From Octopus bimaculoides (taxonomy: Eukaryota), in contig NC_068983.1 of assembly GCF_001194135.2 (NCBI RefSeq), forward strand, positions 90,054,297-90,096,604: DNA of 42,308 nt. The letters run 5' to 3'. Position 1 is the first letter of the stretch. Each line of letters begins with the position of its first letter. A program made the translations under genes and the position numbers. The notes below the pieces were generated by a model, which ran no database searches, was not told where the DNA came from, and saw only the letters and a list, made by a program, of their open reading frames with translations. Of this stretch, positions 9,879 through 22,620 are shown piece after piece.

Positions 9879-12140
9879 CCATTTAATGTCTGCTTTCCAT
9901 GCTGGCATGAGTTGGACAGTTTGACTGAAAACTGTAAGGGGAGGCTCCAGGTTCCACTCCGATTCAGTAAGGTTTCTATGGCTGGATGCCCTTCCTAACA
10001 CCAACCACTCTGACAGTGTAGTGGATGATTTTTATGTGCCATTGACTTGACACCAGCATCAGCTCACTTGGCTTGACAGGTCAACAGAAGCACAGTATAT
10101 CCTTTTCAACTCTAGGCACAAGGCCTGAAATTTTGGGGGAGGGAGCAAGTCAATTAGATCGACCTCAATACACCACTGGCACTTAATTTATTGGCCCCGA
10201 AAGGATGAAAGGCAAAGTTGACCTTGGCGAAATTTGAACTCAGAATGTAAAGACAGACGAAATACCGCTAAGCATTTTGCCTGGCATGCTAACATTTCTG
10301 CCAGCTTGCCGCCTTAAAAATACAGTATATTGCCAAGGGTCTTGGTCACCTGTCACTGCCTCCATGAGGCCCAACGCTCAAAAGGTACTTTTTACGTGCC
10401 ACTGGCATCAGCCACGAACATGATTTCACTTGGTTCGATAGGTCTTCACAAGAACAGCATATTACCCAACACTTGAAGGGTGCTTTTAATGGGCCAGTTA
10501 CACGACACTGGCATCGGCCATGACTACAACCTCACTTGGCTTGACAAGTCTTCTCAAGCATGGCATATCTCCAAAGGTCTCAATCACTTGTCACTGCTTC
10601 TGTGAGGCCCAACATTCGGAGATTATGCTTCACCACCTCATCTCATGTCTACCTAGGTCTACTTCTTCCACAGGTTTCCCCCACTGTTCGAGTGTGACAT
10701 TTCTTCACACAGCTGACATCATCCATATGTAAACCTGTCTCCAAGCTTCTCTTCTGGCTATCTGATATAGTTCCCTGTTACCACCTGACTTCCAGTCCTT
10801 CCAAGCCTGTTTCTTGTCTCTAATGGCCCTGTCAACTACATTATTCCACCATGTCACCTTAGGTCAAGAGAGGACTTTGCACCAACCACAGATCTGGTCA
10901 GTAGCCCTCAACAGGTTGTCCCAAAGGAACCTCCAGTTGTCCTCCACGTTAAATGACACTATATCTTCCTCTACTTTGTCAAAAGCTTCAAGTAATATGT
11001 CTAAATCTCTGTCCATTCAGAAGATCCTTAAGCTTCCAGACCCTTCTTTTCCACACTTATCATCTTCTGGGCAACCATTTAGCCCTGATCCTGAAGACAC
11101 AAACAACTAACCTATGTTGTGGGGTGCATTCTTCGCCTGGGAAAGTTTTGGCGTTTATAAGCAGCCATCTTTCTCATATCCTAGTGAGAATGTAATCAAT
11201 CTGATTAGTGTGCCCACTCGACTGGTAGGTGAACAGGTGACTGGTGGGTTTCCTGAAGTTAGTATTACAGATCATAAGATCATTTGCATCACAGAACTCA
11301 AGTAGCCTGGTTTCCTCCTCATTGCAGGAACCAAATCTGTTGCCACCATGCACACCATGGAAGCTCCCCGGATGTTGTCCAACATGCCCATTGAAGTCAC
11401 CAGCCACAAAGAGGTCTGTCATTCATTGCCGAAGTAATCTGCAAAAGGGTGTCATAAAATCGGTCTTTCTGTTCATCAGGTAGACCTGGCTGATGGGCAA
11501 AGGCCAAGATAATGGTTGCTATTCCATGTTGCAGCACTAGTCTAAGCTTAAGTATTCTATCACAGACTGACTACTTTAATTACCAACCACATCAACCCAT
11601 TTCTCAACAAGGAGTATAACCATGCCCCCAACCCCATCACTGTTCCCTACCCAGAAAATCTTATACCTATGTTCTTTGCCTGTGAGGAACCTAGCGGAAC
11701 CTCCTCTCCACCTTACCTCTTGGATGTAACACAAATCTACCGCCTCCGTTCTAACATCTCAAGAATCTCACCAAACCTACCTTTCAATGTGCCAACATTA
11801 AGTGTGCCAACTCTGAAGTATTGGGCCAGCAAGACCCAGGGATGGGGGACATCATTTTGCATCTGAAAAGAAAGCTCACATGTGCATTTGGCAGACATCG
11901 TAAACATACAAATAGGCTTCAATCTGCATACACTTCACCGTCATTTTATTCGCTTCACAATCACATTTACCAGGAGATAGATACTAGATAAGGATGGAGG
12001 GGAAATGGAGAGAGTGTTCCATATAGGTAACCATTAGAGATGCCAGGAGAAAGACTTCCAGTATAGGTAGTGAGGGTGGAGTGGGAAGGTGCACCATGGA
12101 TAACGAAACACTATGGATGCCCTATTCCCTAGCTAAAGGC
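9879..12140 (-). mobile_element. RTE LINE with 5' UTR and AP-endonuclease joined directly to the 3' end (RT deleted)
   Basis: RVGTLNVGTLKGRFGEILEMLERRR, VAGDFNGHVG, RLLEFCDANDLMICNTNFRK and QIDYILTR, then ARREAWRQVY fused at ~10730 to MDDVSCVKKCH, followed by the RTE tail. Confidence 0.88.
10101..10317 (-). mobile_element. Second tRNA-derived SINE family with a conserved central domain (Meta/MESC-like), inserted in the RTE tail
   Basis: Minus strand: AAGGCGGCAAGCTGGCAGAA...GAGTTCAAAT (A/B-box-like), then GCCTTTCATCCTTTCGGGGCCAATAAATTAAGTGCCAG. Flanking direct repeat ACAGTATAT at 10092-10100 and 10322-10330. The domain name is from memory. Confidence 0.8.
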
Positions 12141-12405
12141 AATGTAACATATCCACAAACAAAGTGAAAACCGCTAATTAACAATCAACATAGGAAAGCA
12201 AGGATATGTACATAATTTGGGCAAGCAAAAATATAGTGGGTAACAAAACTGAGAGAGATGAAATTTTCGAGAATTAGGGCTACAACAGAGGAAACAATAG
12301 AACATTTGGCTAAGATAGTGGGTAACAAAACAAATAAAGAGATGGAATTTGAGATTTAGAGCAACAGTAAACAGAATTGAACAACTAGATTTCTTAACTT
12401 TACTA

Positions 12406-15400
12406 AGGAGAAATTCCAACCACGTTTCATTGTTTGCTACCTCAACAGGTCCTTTACAGGATCCAGTGGCTAAAGACATCATCAGGAGGAACCACATCCA
12501 GTTTCAGCCCCAACTCCTCTACCGTTTTCAGCATGGCTGGAACCCCACTTTCCGAGGAGTCTTCAGCTCTGATGTTGAGTGTTTCTTCTTTTGCCTTTTT
12601 CCTTTTGTTTCTTCAATGCAGCGTCAATGAATGTCAGCGAGCGAATGACCATCTTGCCAAATTTCCCTCTAAATATTTGCTGGTAAGCTCCAGCAGTCAA
12701 GCACCAACTAACTGTCATGTGACACTGTCTGAGCTTCAACTAACCAATAGAGAGAAAGGGCACATAGTTTTAGCCTGCACCCTCTTGACCTGCCTTCCAA
12801 CAATGTCGTGTTAGTTTCAGTTCGAGCAGCTAGAGCCGACCAGCTGTTTGGTGGTACCAGCCTTTGAACCAGGAGGGTGTGCTCTGTACGAGATTGCTAC
12901 CTTGGCCCACCTGTCAATCAGCGATGCCACTTAAGTGTCAGCCAGCCTCACCTAGTGAAGCGATTTCCCAGTTGGCATGTTATGGCTTTCAAGCCATTTT
13001 GTGTCTTCTTGTTTCAGCCATACATAGAAGCTGGCTTTGTCGACTGCCTTCTGTATCCTCCTTATTACTTTTCTCAGCTCTGAGCCTGAAAATGCAAACC
13101 TTGTTTTAAATAACGTCACCATTTTCCTTTCAAATGAAGCCTTTAGCCCCCACTGCCAGGTGGTAATACTCGACAGTCTGTCCCTGTTCTCCACACTCTT
13201 CAATTAATCTCTCATACCTCTTCTCCTTCCATTGCTCTGCATTAGTGCTGTTCTCTTCCCGTGGCACTGTCAGCTCTTGCAAAATTCCAAGTTTCCGTTC
13301 TGTGTTCCATAGGATTAAGTCTGGTCTTTTTGTTGTTTTTATGAGTGGAAATATTAACAGTCTTTCCAAATCCACTGCCAGCTCCCAGTACCCCGTCCAT
13401 CTTTTGTCGGTCTCATATACTTTCTTTGCAGGCCTGGCCTTATGTCCTTTTCTCTCCTTTTGGAAGTATATCCTTCTGCGCTTTTCCACTTTTGGGTACT
13501 CTCCCCTATTATATCCCTTGATCTTCTCTCTGAGTGTTGCACTTATGACACTGAGGACTTGATTGTGACACCATGTATATCTGTCTAGTGCTACACTGCA
13601 GTTTGACAAAACATGTCTCACCGTCGCTTTCTTTCTGCATCTACATTAATCAGTTGTTTGTTCCACCGGACTAAATTCGTTGGTGAAGGTAAAACATCAA
13701 AGGTTGACTTGATCAGGAAGGATGTTCTTGCTTGTTCCCAAGCCCAAAGTTCCTTCCATGAGATTCTGCAACTGACCACATATTCCTCCCATCTCAGGCA
13801 CTGTCCCTGTTGACTACATTGCACCAAATGTACATTTTGCCTTTCTTCTTCCTCCTTTCTCACTTCATATACCACTGCCTCCTTCATCTCTTTTACAAAA
13901 TGGCTTGAAATTGTGCAACCCAAGACTGGCTCTTGCTTCATGCATCACTCCGACTATATCAGTTTGCCTTAGCTTTCTGATCACCTTGTTTACTGCCTCT
14001 ACTGCTTTCCATTTCTTGGATGTTCTGATCTTTCGAATACCTTTGCATCATTATTGTCCTTGCCTTTCCTGCCTTATATTCTTTAGCAATTGATGTTATC
14101 AGTAGTTGCAGCACGGGTTTTCCATATCATGCAGTTGTATTCAGTGGCTTTGGAAGACCAAGCCATTTTCTGATTAACACACTGCATCTTTGTTCCATCC
14201 TTTCTACTCTACTCGAGGCTATTTCGTACATTTGCAATGGCCACATTATCGTTAGGTACAGTCCAAATTGTAGTATCCAACATTTGAATTTCCCCAGTAA
14301 TGTTGTTCTGTCAATTGCATTTAGTCCCTGTTCCACTAAATTGCATGTTTCTTTGCTTTGCTTCTTATCATTTAGTAAATCTTTGTACCATCTGCTGAGA
14401 CTTTTTACTAGTTGTTCTTTCACTGTTGGTATATCTTCACCTCCTATCCTGAATTTCGCTTCTTTTTGGACTCCTTTCACAAAAGCCACACTTCGAGATT
14501 TTTTGGTTTTGAGTTTCATTGTTGCCCATCTTATTAGTTCGTCCAATCGCTCTAACGTTCCAGCTGCTGCTTCTCTACTTTCTGAAAATTCTGTAACGTT
14601 GTCTATAAAAGCACTTAATGGTGTCTTTGTAACAGATTTCTCACAGTTTGTTGATCTTAGTAATATCTCCATGACTAGCACAAATAAGATGACTGATATC
14701 GTGCATCCGGCTGCAATACCTACTTCAAGCCGTTGCCACTCCGTTGTGAACTTTCCTGCTGTAAATCTCATCCTCAATTTATCATAGTAACACATGAGCA
14801 TTCGCTGGACATCTTCTGGAATCAAAAAGAAGTCCATAGCTGCTTGAACTCGTGTGTGTGGAACAGATCCATATGCATTGGCAAGATCTAGCCATACAAT
14901 GTATAGGTTTTTCTTCAGTTGTTTTGCACAGTTGATAGCTACCCAGATGGCAAATGCATGTTTTATGCATCCAGAGATCCCTGCCTTTTGGATTGCTTCA
15001 TTAATATATCCATTATGCTGTATGAATCTTATGATTCACCTGGCAATGATTCCAAACATGATTTTCCCATTGGTATTTAGTAGTGAAATGGGTTTGAATT
15101 GCCCTAGCATTTTTTTCTCTTCTTTAGTTAAATAGATACCTTCAGCTAAACACCATCGTTCTGCTAGGTCTTTCTTCTTCCACATTTCCCTTATCAGTGC
15201 AAATAGTTGTAAACACAATTTTGGGCAATACTTATAAACCTTGTAGCTAACTCCACGGTTCCCTGGTAAACTTTTTGTTCTTGCTTTTCTAATAAACTCA
15301 TGAATTGCTTTCCGTCTGATGTCACTCAAATCGAATGGTACCCTTAGTTCAGGTGGTTTCTTCAGCCTGAGCATTTCTGGGAGTACTTTATTTCTATTAG

Positions 15401-16057
15401 CATCACTATGTCCCTTTAAGATCGTGTTCAAGCTCTTTAGTGCAATCCAATCTTCCACTCTTACTTTCAGTAAACAAACATTTAGCATATTGATATGGGG
15501 TTGTTTACAAAACTACAATAGTTCTTTTCTCTCTCCTTTCTTTTGTTCTTCCTTCTTTCGTTTCTTAGTTGTTTTCAATACCTCTTTTTTATCTCTTCCT
15601 ATAGCTGTTTTAACCTTTCTCTTTCTTCCTCCTTTACATCCCACCATCTGGTTCAGAGTTTTTTCTTCTCTTCTCGTATCTTTGTGATTTGTCTTTCTCT
15701 CCCCAATGGTCCGCCCTTTGCCAATGATTCTCCATTCCCTGTTTAGAATACAAATCTTTTTTCTCCTTCCTGATAGATTTATATTAACCAAGTTCTCCAG
15801 CTTTTGTTCGGCGATCCCTTTGAATTTGGTGGTCATTCTTGCTACCTCATCAAATTTCTTATAGCTTGCTGCATCATTTGCCTTCGGTCACTTAATCTTC
15901 GGCTTCTTTATGCCTATTTCTTTTCTTGGCTGTTCTGATGCAACTGTGGAATAACCCTCGCTATGGTTTCTTTCTAGGAGGTTCTGGCCACAAGTCTTCT
16001 GGTTGTTCAACCCACACTGTTGAATCACTTTCTTCTGACACACCTTCCCTTGGTGAA
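12406..16057 (-). mobile_element. HERO/NeSL-like RLE non-LTR retrotransposon, 5'-truncated, ORF disrupted
   Basis: KIKWPKAND; RT motifs FKPISLLN, QKAGISGC, WLDLANAYGSVPH, VGIAAGCTISVILFVLVME; CCHC remnant RHVLSNC; RLE motif RPDL...ELTVPREE...KEKRYERL. A 15-bp direct repeat TTCTTAACTTTACTA at 12391-12405 and 16058-16072 marks both ends. Confidence 0.9.
12952..16057 (-). pseudogene. HERO-like RT/RLE polyprotein remnant
   Basis: ORF-track fragments 15488-15036, 14837-14127, 13941-13618, 13621-13130 and 13203-12952 are collinear pieces of one ORF, separated by frameshifts and stops. Confidence 0.88.
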
Positions 16058-16652
16058 TTCTTAACTTTACTATAACATACAGCATGGAATAAATGAAACT
16101 TTGTGGCTAAATGGATAACTAAATGAATAATAATAATTATTATTATTAGTGCTATAAAGTGAAACAGACCTTCCCTTGGTGAATTCTTAACCTTACTATA
16201 ACATACAACATGGAATAAATGAACAATAAATAATAATTATAATGAGAACTATAAAGTGAGAGAATTGAACAAAAATCATATTATGCAATGAATACTATTT
16301 TGTAGACTATTAAAGTCTGTTGTGATTCCTTTTTTTTTTAGATTTTGAATACTGTCATTCAATTTGTGGTAGTGTTTATATATTTGCTTTGGTATTTTTT
16401 CTCTCTCTCTCTCCTACAAACAAGTTTCCTATAAGTTACAGATGTTTTCAATGCTTTTAATTTATGTTTTCAATGATTAAAACAAGGAATTAGTTTTCAT
16501 ATTTCATTTGTTTTTTTAAATCTAGATTTACATGCAATCCTGAGAAAGGTATCAGGTGGTCGTGGGATGCACTAGAAACACCAGCTAAATTTCCTTTAAA
16601 TCACACACCTTTCCATTTGAAAGTATTTTCAAAATTTTTACCAAAAATCTCA

Positions 16653-17065
16653 GGCATAGGAGTGGCTGTGTGGTAAGTAGCTTGCTTATAAACCACATGG
16701 TTCCGTGTTCAGTCCCACTGTGTGGCACCTTGGGCAAATGTCTTCTACTATATCCTCGGGCCGACCAAAGCCTTGTGAGTGGATTTGGTAGACGGAAACT
16801 GAAAGAAGCCTGTCGTAGATATGTATGTGTATGTATGTATATATATAAATGTGTGTGTGTGTGTGTTTGTGTGTCTGTGCTTGTCCCCCCAACATCGCTT
16901 AACAACCAATGGTGGTGTGTTTACGTCCCCGTAACTTAGCAGCTCGGCAAAAGAGACCGATAGAATAAGTACTAAGCTTACAAAGAATAAGTCCTGGGGT
17001 CGATTTGCTCAGCTAAAGGCGGTGCTCCAGCATGGCCACAGTCAAATGACTGAAACAAGTAAAAG
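16653..17065 (+). mobile_element. Full-length tRNA-derived SINE (octopod-type head + (TA/TG)n linker + tail)
   Basis: A-box-like TGGCTGTGTGG (16663-16673), B-box-like GTGTTCAGTCCC (16705-16716), a central microsatellite, and tail GGCGGTGCTCCAGCATGGCCACAGTCAAATGACTGAAACAAGTAAAAG. Near-identical to the copies at 28745, 40316 and 41940. Confidence 0.95.
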
Positions 17066-17866
17066 GGCTTTCCTCACTGTTTTTAAGTGAGTAGTGCAAA
17101 AAGATTGGCCAAAATAGGTTGAGGAAGGAACCATAAATTTTCCAAACTTTTTTTTTCATAAAAAGCTCCCCACATAATTTCCAAGGTCGTGATGACAAAA
17201 AATTGGAAAAATCCCTGTCAAAACTGAGAAAATCCAACTTATGTAGGCATCCCCATCCAAAACACTACAGCCATTAAAATTTTATTGAAATAGAATCATA
17301 TCCCAAAATCTCAGGATTTATTAAGTCCTATACCTACTATAAATGTGCTTAAACTCAAGTTCCTGTGGCTTGTACATTTGGATTTTGCAAAATTGACTGT
17401 TTATTACATGTAACAAACAGGCTTTACATAAATATCTTTTAAAATTTCCAAAAGGTAAGTTTTCTTTCCAAGAACTTGAAAAAACATAGGTTTCTGCTGT
17501 ACAATGGACACTATTAATTTGTGTAATTTGAAGATGATTATCACCTGTTTCAAAGATATGAAAATGGCTAAATAGGCAATATTTCAACCAATTCGCTATC
17601 CATTCATAGTCATATTTCCTAAAATATTCATCCAAATGTCAAAAATGAGATATTAAAATGTTTCTAAAAATTCATAGTGATACCTATGCATCTCCCTTGC
17701 ACTTGTAGCAACTATGATGCTGCTACACCAGCCACTAGGCATTATGCCTTCCTGAAAAAACTTAACTATAAGGGTAACTAGACTACATTCAACTCTACCA
17801 GTTATCTTAAGCATCTCAGCAGTGACCCCTGAAGGACCAGGGTCTTCCTTGTCTTCATATCTTTAA

Positions 17867-18083
17867 CCCTTTAGCATTTAATCTGGCCATATCCACCCAA
17901 AATACTCTACCTGTTTTATGTTAAAACTGACCAGATCCCAACATCTTACACCTACCCTACAATGTCATTCTAAAAATATACAAGCACACCATTGAAATCT
18001 TGAAGCTACATGGTAAAGCATGATTAATTCAAAACTGAATAAATAAGCAATACATTTGATAAAGGAATCTAAATGCTAAAGGG
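17867..18083. mobile_element. piggyBac-type MITE (217 bp)
   Basis: Perfect 14-bp TIRs CCCTTTAGCATTTA (17867-17880) and TAAATGCTAAAGGG (18070-18083), with TTAA TSD at 17863-17866 and 18084-18087. Confidence 0.93.
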
Positions 18084-18602
18084 TTAATTACCTTATCTAT
18101 CATACTGCTGCCAACTAGAATAGCTGGTCTATCTGTTGGGTTCACATGAGGGAGACTCCCTTTCTTTCATTGTAGCTCTTCCACACCTCTTCAGAATCAC
18201 TAAGAGCAAGCGTACCATTATCTGCCTGTAAACACTTCTCTCCCATGTCTTGATCCTCTCTAACACACTGTCTGACAATCTGGAATACCTCAAGTCACTG
18301 ATCTTCAGGTTGTAAGACATCGGTAAACCTCTTCCTTTCTGCTTCTGCCCTAGTTAGATATAGCTTCTCTTTTGCCTATCTGATATGGTTCTTTGCTACC
18401 CTCATTCTTCCACTCTTTCAAAGCTTGTCTCTTCTCTTTTATAGCCATGTTGACCTCACTGTTCCCCACCAAGTCACCCTTGGTCCAGCAGATGCTTTGC
18501 TCCAACCACAGATTTGGTCTGTCATCCTCAGTAGATTGTCCTATATGTTGTATGTCAGCATCTCTTCTCATCATATGCTTCATTAAGAACATCTGAAGGA
18601 TC

Positions 18603-19091
18603 TGTAGCAGTGTAGGTAGGCAGATAGTTCAATGATCTCCTTTGCAAGAAGGATCATAGAGTAACCCCACCTTTTTAAGTTCTCAAAGCATCCAGCTCAT
18701 GAAATGTGATTCCTAATTATTCAAAAAGCTTGGCATTTCTTTTAGAAGTTTTTAGAATATCTAGTGTTCCATTAATAAAAACGGCTTGCTAACCCAGCTC
18801 TTCGCTTCTTGGTCGATTAGACTTAGAGCCATTCACATAGTTGCTATGTCTGTCTATTTCTCTACACTCTATAGTAGATATGACTGAAAGCCACCACTTC
18901 GCTGGTCTACATTTCCTATCTCTGAACCTTCTTGCATAGATTACTTAATACAACTAGTTTCTACAATTTGATTCCATGTATTATCATCGATAGAAGAATG
19001 TATAGATCTTGTATTTATTCTTTCATCTCTGTATGAACTCTTGTAATAAGAGCCACATCAACACCTTGTACTGTCTATATATTTCACTACA
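18603..19091 (+). repeat. 5' LTR of Gypsy element 1 (489 bp)
   Basis: Collinear with 23003-23454; ends CTGTCTATATATTTCACTACA in both copies. Confidence 0.95.
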
Positions 19092-19221
19092 TTAATTGGT
19101 GACTAACCAACATAGACCCAAATTCTATCCTGGAGAATAATCACTAGCTAATTGATGACCAACTGATGCGAGAACCACATGGTTATCACCCGACATATTT
19201 AGTTATATTCCACTACATTCC

Positions 19222-19956
19222 ATGTCACAATTTTCTTCAACTCAAGAGATGATGATATCTGCTATAAATCATCCTGTATTACCAATTTTCACAGGAGACA
19301 TTGCTGTCTGGTTTGCCCAGTTGGAAGCATTTTTCTCCACAAACAAGCACAATTCAGACCAACAGCAGCTCTACATTTTACTTAGCTCTATACCACCATC
19401 ATTAACTAGAGAATTGTGAGATATTATCACAGCTCCACCGGCAGATGCAACGTATTCTTCAATCAAAAAGGAAATTTTAAGACGAACCTCACTCTCTTCT
19501 GAAAAGAAGTTTTGAAAACTTCTCAACGATGAGCATTTAGGAAACAGAACATCATCGCAAATGCTCAGAAAAATGCAGCAACTCATAGAGGACAGCCCTA
19601 CTGAAAGTAAGTTGCTTAAACAACTCTTTTTCTCCAGATTACAACAGTATGTTCAAGGTATTCTCATTCTTTTGACTGATGTTAGCACAGTCAACTAACT
19701 TGCAGCATTGGCAGATAAAATTTTGGAGTATACAAAACCCACTCCAGAACGGAACTCTCCTTTGCCAGTTGCTACAGTTTCCTCTGAATTTAAGGAATTT
19801 TGTGAATCTAAGCAGAAGACTATAGACAAGCTTCGCTTTCATTGCTCTAATTCCCATTCTCCTAGCAGATCAAAACCTTTTGCTGGTATCACTGTAAGTT
19901 TGGGTCTGCAGCTAAGAAATATATTTCACCTTGTACATTTAAGTCAGGAAAACTAA
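19222..19956 (+). pseudogene. Gypsy gag remnant
   Basis: LPIFTGDIAVWFAQLEAFF, IKKEILRRTS, LLNDEHLGNRTSSQMLRKMQQL and LKQLFFSRL; in-frame stops are present. Confidence 0.85.
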
Positions 19957-19969
19957 AAAGGCGAACTCC

Positions 19970-22620
19970 ATGTGTGACCGCAGTTCCTCTCCTAGTAGCG
20001 CATTTTTCATACTAGATTTCCAGTTTAAGAAGGAATTTTTAGTCAATTCCAGAGCATCCTGCAATATCTGGCCATCTAATGAAAAACTTTTCACTTCTGA
20101 TATATCGCTTCAAGCAGTCAACAGCTCTCCTATTAAAACTTTTGGTGAGATTTCACTCACACTGGACCTGCATCTCAGACGAAGTTTCCAGTAGATTTTC
20201 ATCATTGCTGACCTTCCTCACCCAATTTTAGGAGTTAATTTTCTCCACCAGTTTTCGTTGTAAGCGGATGTCAAAAGAAAAAGACTTATTGATAGCAGTA
20301 TGCAGTTATGCGTTTTAGGAAGACATTTCAGTCCCACTTCTGTCAGCCCACTATTCTTTATTGCAGCTGAATCAGACAATTATCAAGCCTTCAATCTTAT
20401 CACGAGTTAACAAATTTAACTTTCAATATTAATGTTTCAACTCACACAACTACTCATCATATAACCACCAATGGATATCCTGTTTTCTTGCATCCTAGAT
20501 ATTTACCACTTGAAAAACTCAAAGCTGCTAAAACAGAGTTCAGCCACATGCTCCAGCTTGGAATAATTCATCCTTCAAAGAGCAGCTGAACATCACCACT
20601 CCACTTAGTGAAAAAGAATACTGGTGATTTTAGACAACTCAACGCTATTACCACTCCAGATAGGTATCCTATACCACTTCTACAAAATTTTGCATCTTCT
20701 CTGCATGGTTGCACAATTTTCTCAAAAATAGATTTGATACAAGCATACCATCAGTTTTTTGTAAACCCAAATTGTATTCTGAAAACGGCTATCGCAACTC
20801 TATTCGGATCATGTGAATTTCTTACCATGCCCTTTGGGTTGAAGAGTGCTGCCAGTACTTTTCAACATTCCATTGATAAAAGAATATGTGGATTAGATTT
20901 TGTCTACGCCTATACTGATGATCTTCTCATCACTAGTTCTTCTGAGAAAGAATATGAGATTCATTTGAAACAACTTTTCAAAAGGCTTTCTCAATACAGA
21001 ATTCATATCAATGCTACGAAATGCATTTTCGGTGTGCCTTCCTTCACTTTCCTTGGACACACCATTGATAAGAATGGAATTAGGCCCTTGACAGAAAAGG
21101 TTGAGGCTATCGTAAAAATTCCAGTTCCTACTTCATTAAGACAGCTCAGGCAATTTCTTGGATTAACGCATTTCTATCGACACTTTATACCTCATTGTGC
21201 TGAAACTTTATACCCTCTCAACAAATTGTGACACCACAAGAGGAAAAAGACAAGATCACTTTAACTCCTGCTGAACTACAAGCTTTCGATGATGTTAAAC
21301 AAAAATTTGTGTGTCTCCATGTTGGCTCACCCCATTCCTGATGCCAAAATTTCTCTTGTAGTCGATGCGTCTGAAATTGGCGTCGGCACAGTCATTCAAC
21401 AATTTCACCATGGCAAACGGCAACCTCTGGCATTTTTCTCTAAACAGTAAAAACTAGCTGAAACTAAATATAGCACGTTCAGTCATGAACTGTTAGCTAT
21501 TTACCTCTCAGTTAAACATTTCCAACACATTTTGGAAGTGAGAAACTTCACAATTTTTACAGACCATAAGCCGTTATCTTTTGCTTGACACTGCAAGCCA
21601 GATAAATTTTCTCCGAGAGACATTTGGCATTTGGATTACATTTCCCAATTCACGAGTGGTATACGATACATTCCAGGTTCTGAGAACATTGATGCAGATT
21701 CTTTATCCTGTTTACCTGTCAACGTGTTATTTTCAACTGCAGAAATTAACCTGGACGAAACGTCTAAAGATCAACCATCCATTGATTTGAATAATCAGAA
21801 CTAATTCCTTTTGACCTCCAAATTTTCCCAGTTGTGACATCAAACAAACAGATCCTTTGCGATATTTTTTCAATCTCGCTGTATTGTTTTCTCAGCATTA
21901 CACAATATTTCACATCCTGGTATAAGAGCAACATTGAAGGTTATTTCAGCTTGTTTCGTTTGGCTGAACATGCATCGAGACATAGCTAATTGGGCTTGTA
22001 CCTGTGTCGATTGTCAAAGATCCAAGGTACATAAACATATCCGTGCACTGTTAGGTACTTTCTCCACTCCAGATGCACGATTCCAGCACATACATGTTGA
22101 TGTAGTAGGACCTTGGCCTGCGAGTCAGAGCCACACGTTTTTATTAACCTGTATCAAGCGTTTTTCCTGCAGGACAGAAGTCATTCTACTCACAGATATC
22201 TCTAACTGTGGCACAAGCTTTAGTCACAGGATGGATTTCACATTTTGGAACACTGATAACAACAGACCGCAGACGTTAATTTGAAGCTAAGCTTTTCCAG
22301 GAGCTTACCAAGATTTTAGGAAGTAAACACATCTACTCCATCAGTCACCACCCAGCTTCGAACACTATGATCAAAATATTTCACCGACTGCTTAAAGCTG
22401 CATTGTGTGCTGATTCATCTCAACGGATTGAATTTCTTCTCTCGCGTCTCCACTCTTCTATCAAAGAAGACATTGGATATTCTCCTGCAAAATTACTTTA
22501 TGGTTCTTCCTTGACGCTGCCTGGTCAGATGATTGTTCTTGCAGACACGCAAGATATCGACACTACAAGTTTCGTTGTACACTTGCATGAACACCAGAAA
22601 ACAAGACATTAAAACGTATT
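19970..22620 (+). pseudogene. Gypsy pol remnant (protease, RT, RNase H, integrase)
   Basis: FLVNSRASCNIWP (degenerate protease); DFRQLNAITTPDRYPIP, FSKIDLIQAYHQ, MPFGLKSAASTFQ, YTDD (RT); VDASEIGVG, ELLAIY, FTDHKPL (RNase H); HIHVDVVGPWP (integrase). Multiple stops and frameshifts. Confidence 0.93.

Noticed and set aside
12211-12375. Diverged ~80-bp tandem duplication (ATAGTGGGTAACAAAAC twice)
   Set aside because: Real but old and without evident function; not promoted to a finding.
12424-12505. Hammerhead-like CTGATGA and GAAAC motifs in the HERO 3' UTR (minus strand)
   Set aside because: Neither a type I nor a type II arrangement gives valid stems I and II around the core, so it is not supported as a ribozyme.
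17185-17230. C-box-like GTGATGA with downstream CTGA (box C/D snoRNA-like)
   Set aside because: Only ~40 nt apart, antisense to the host gene, and without a convincing terminal stem.
17321-17635. 104-aa minus-strand ORF
   Set aside because: No recognisable domain or splice context; compatible with a chance ORF in AT-rich DNA or an unidentified TE remnant.
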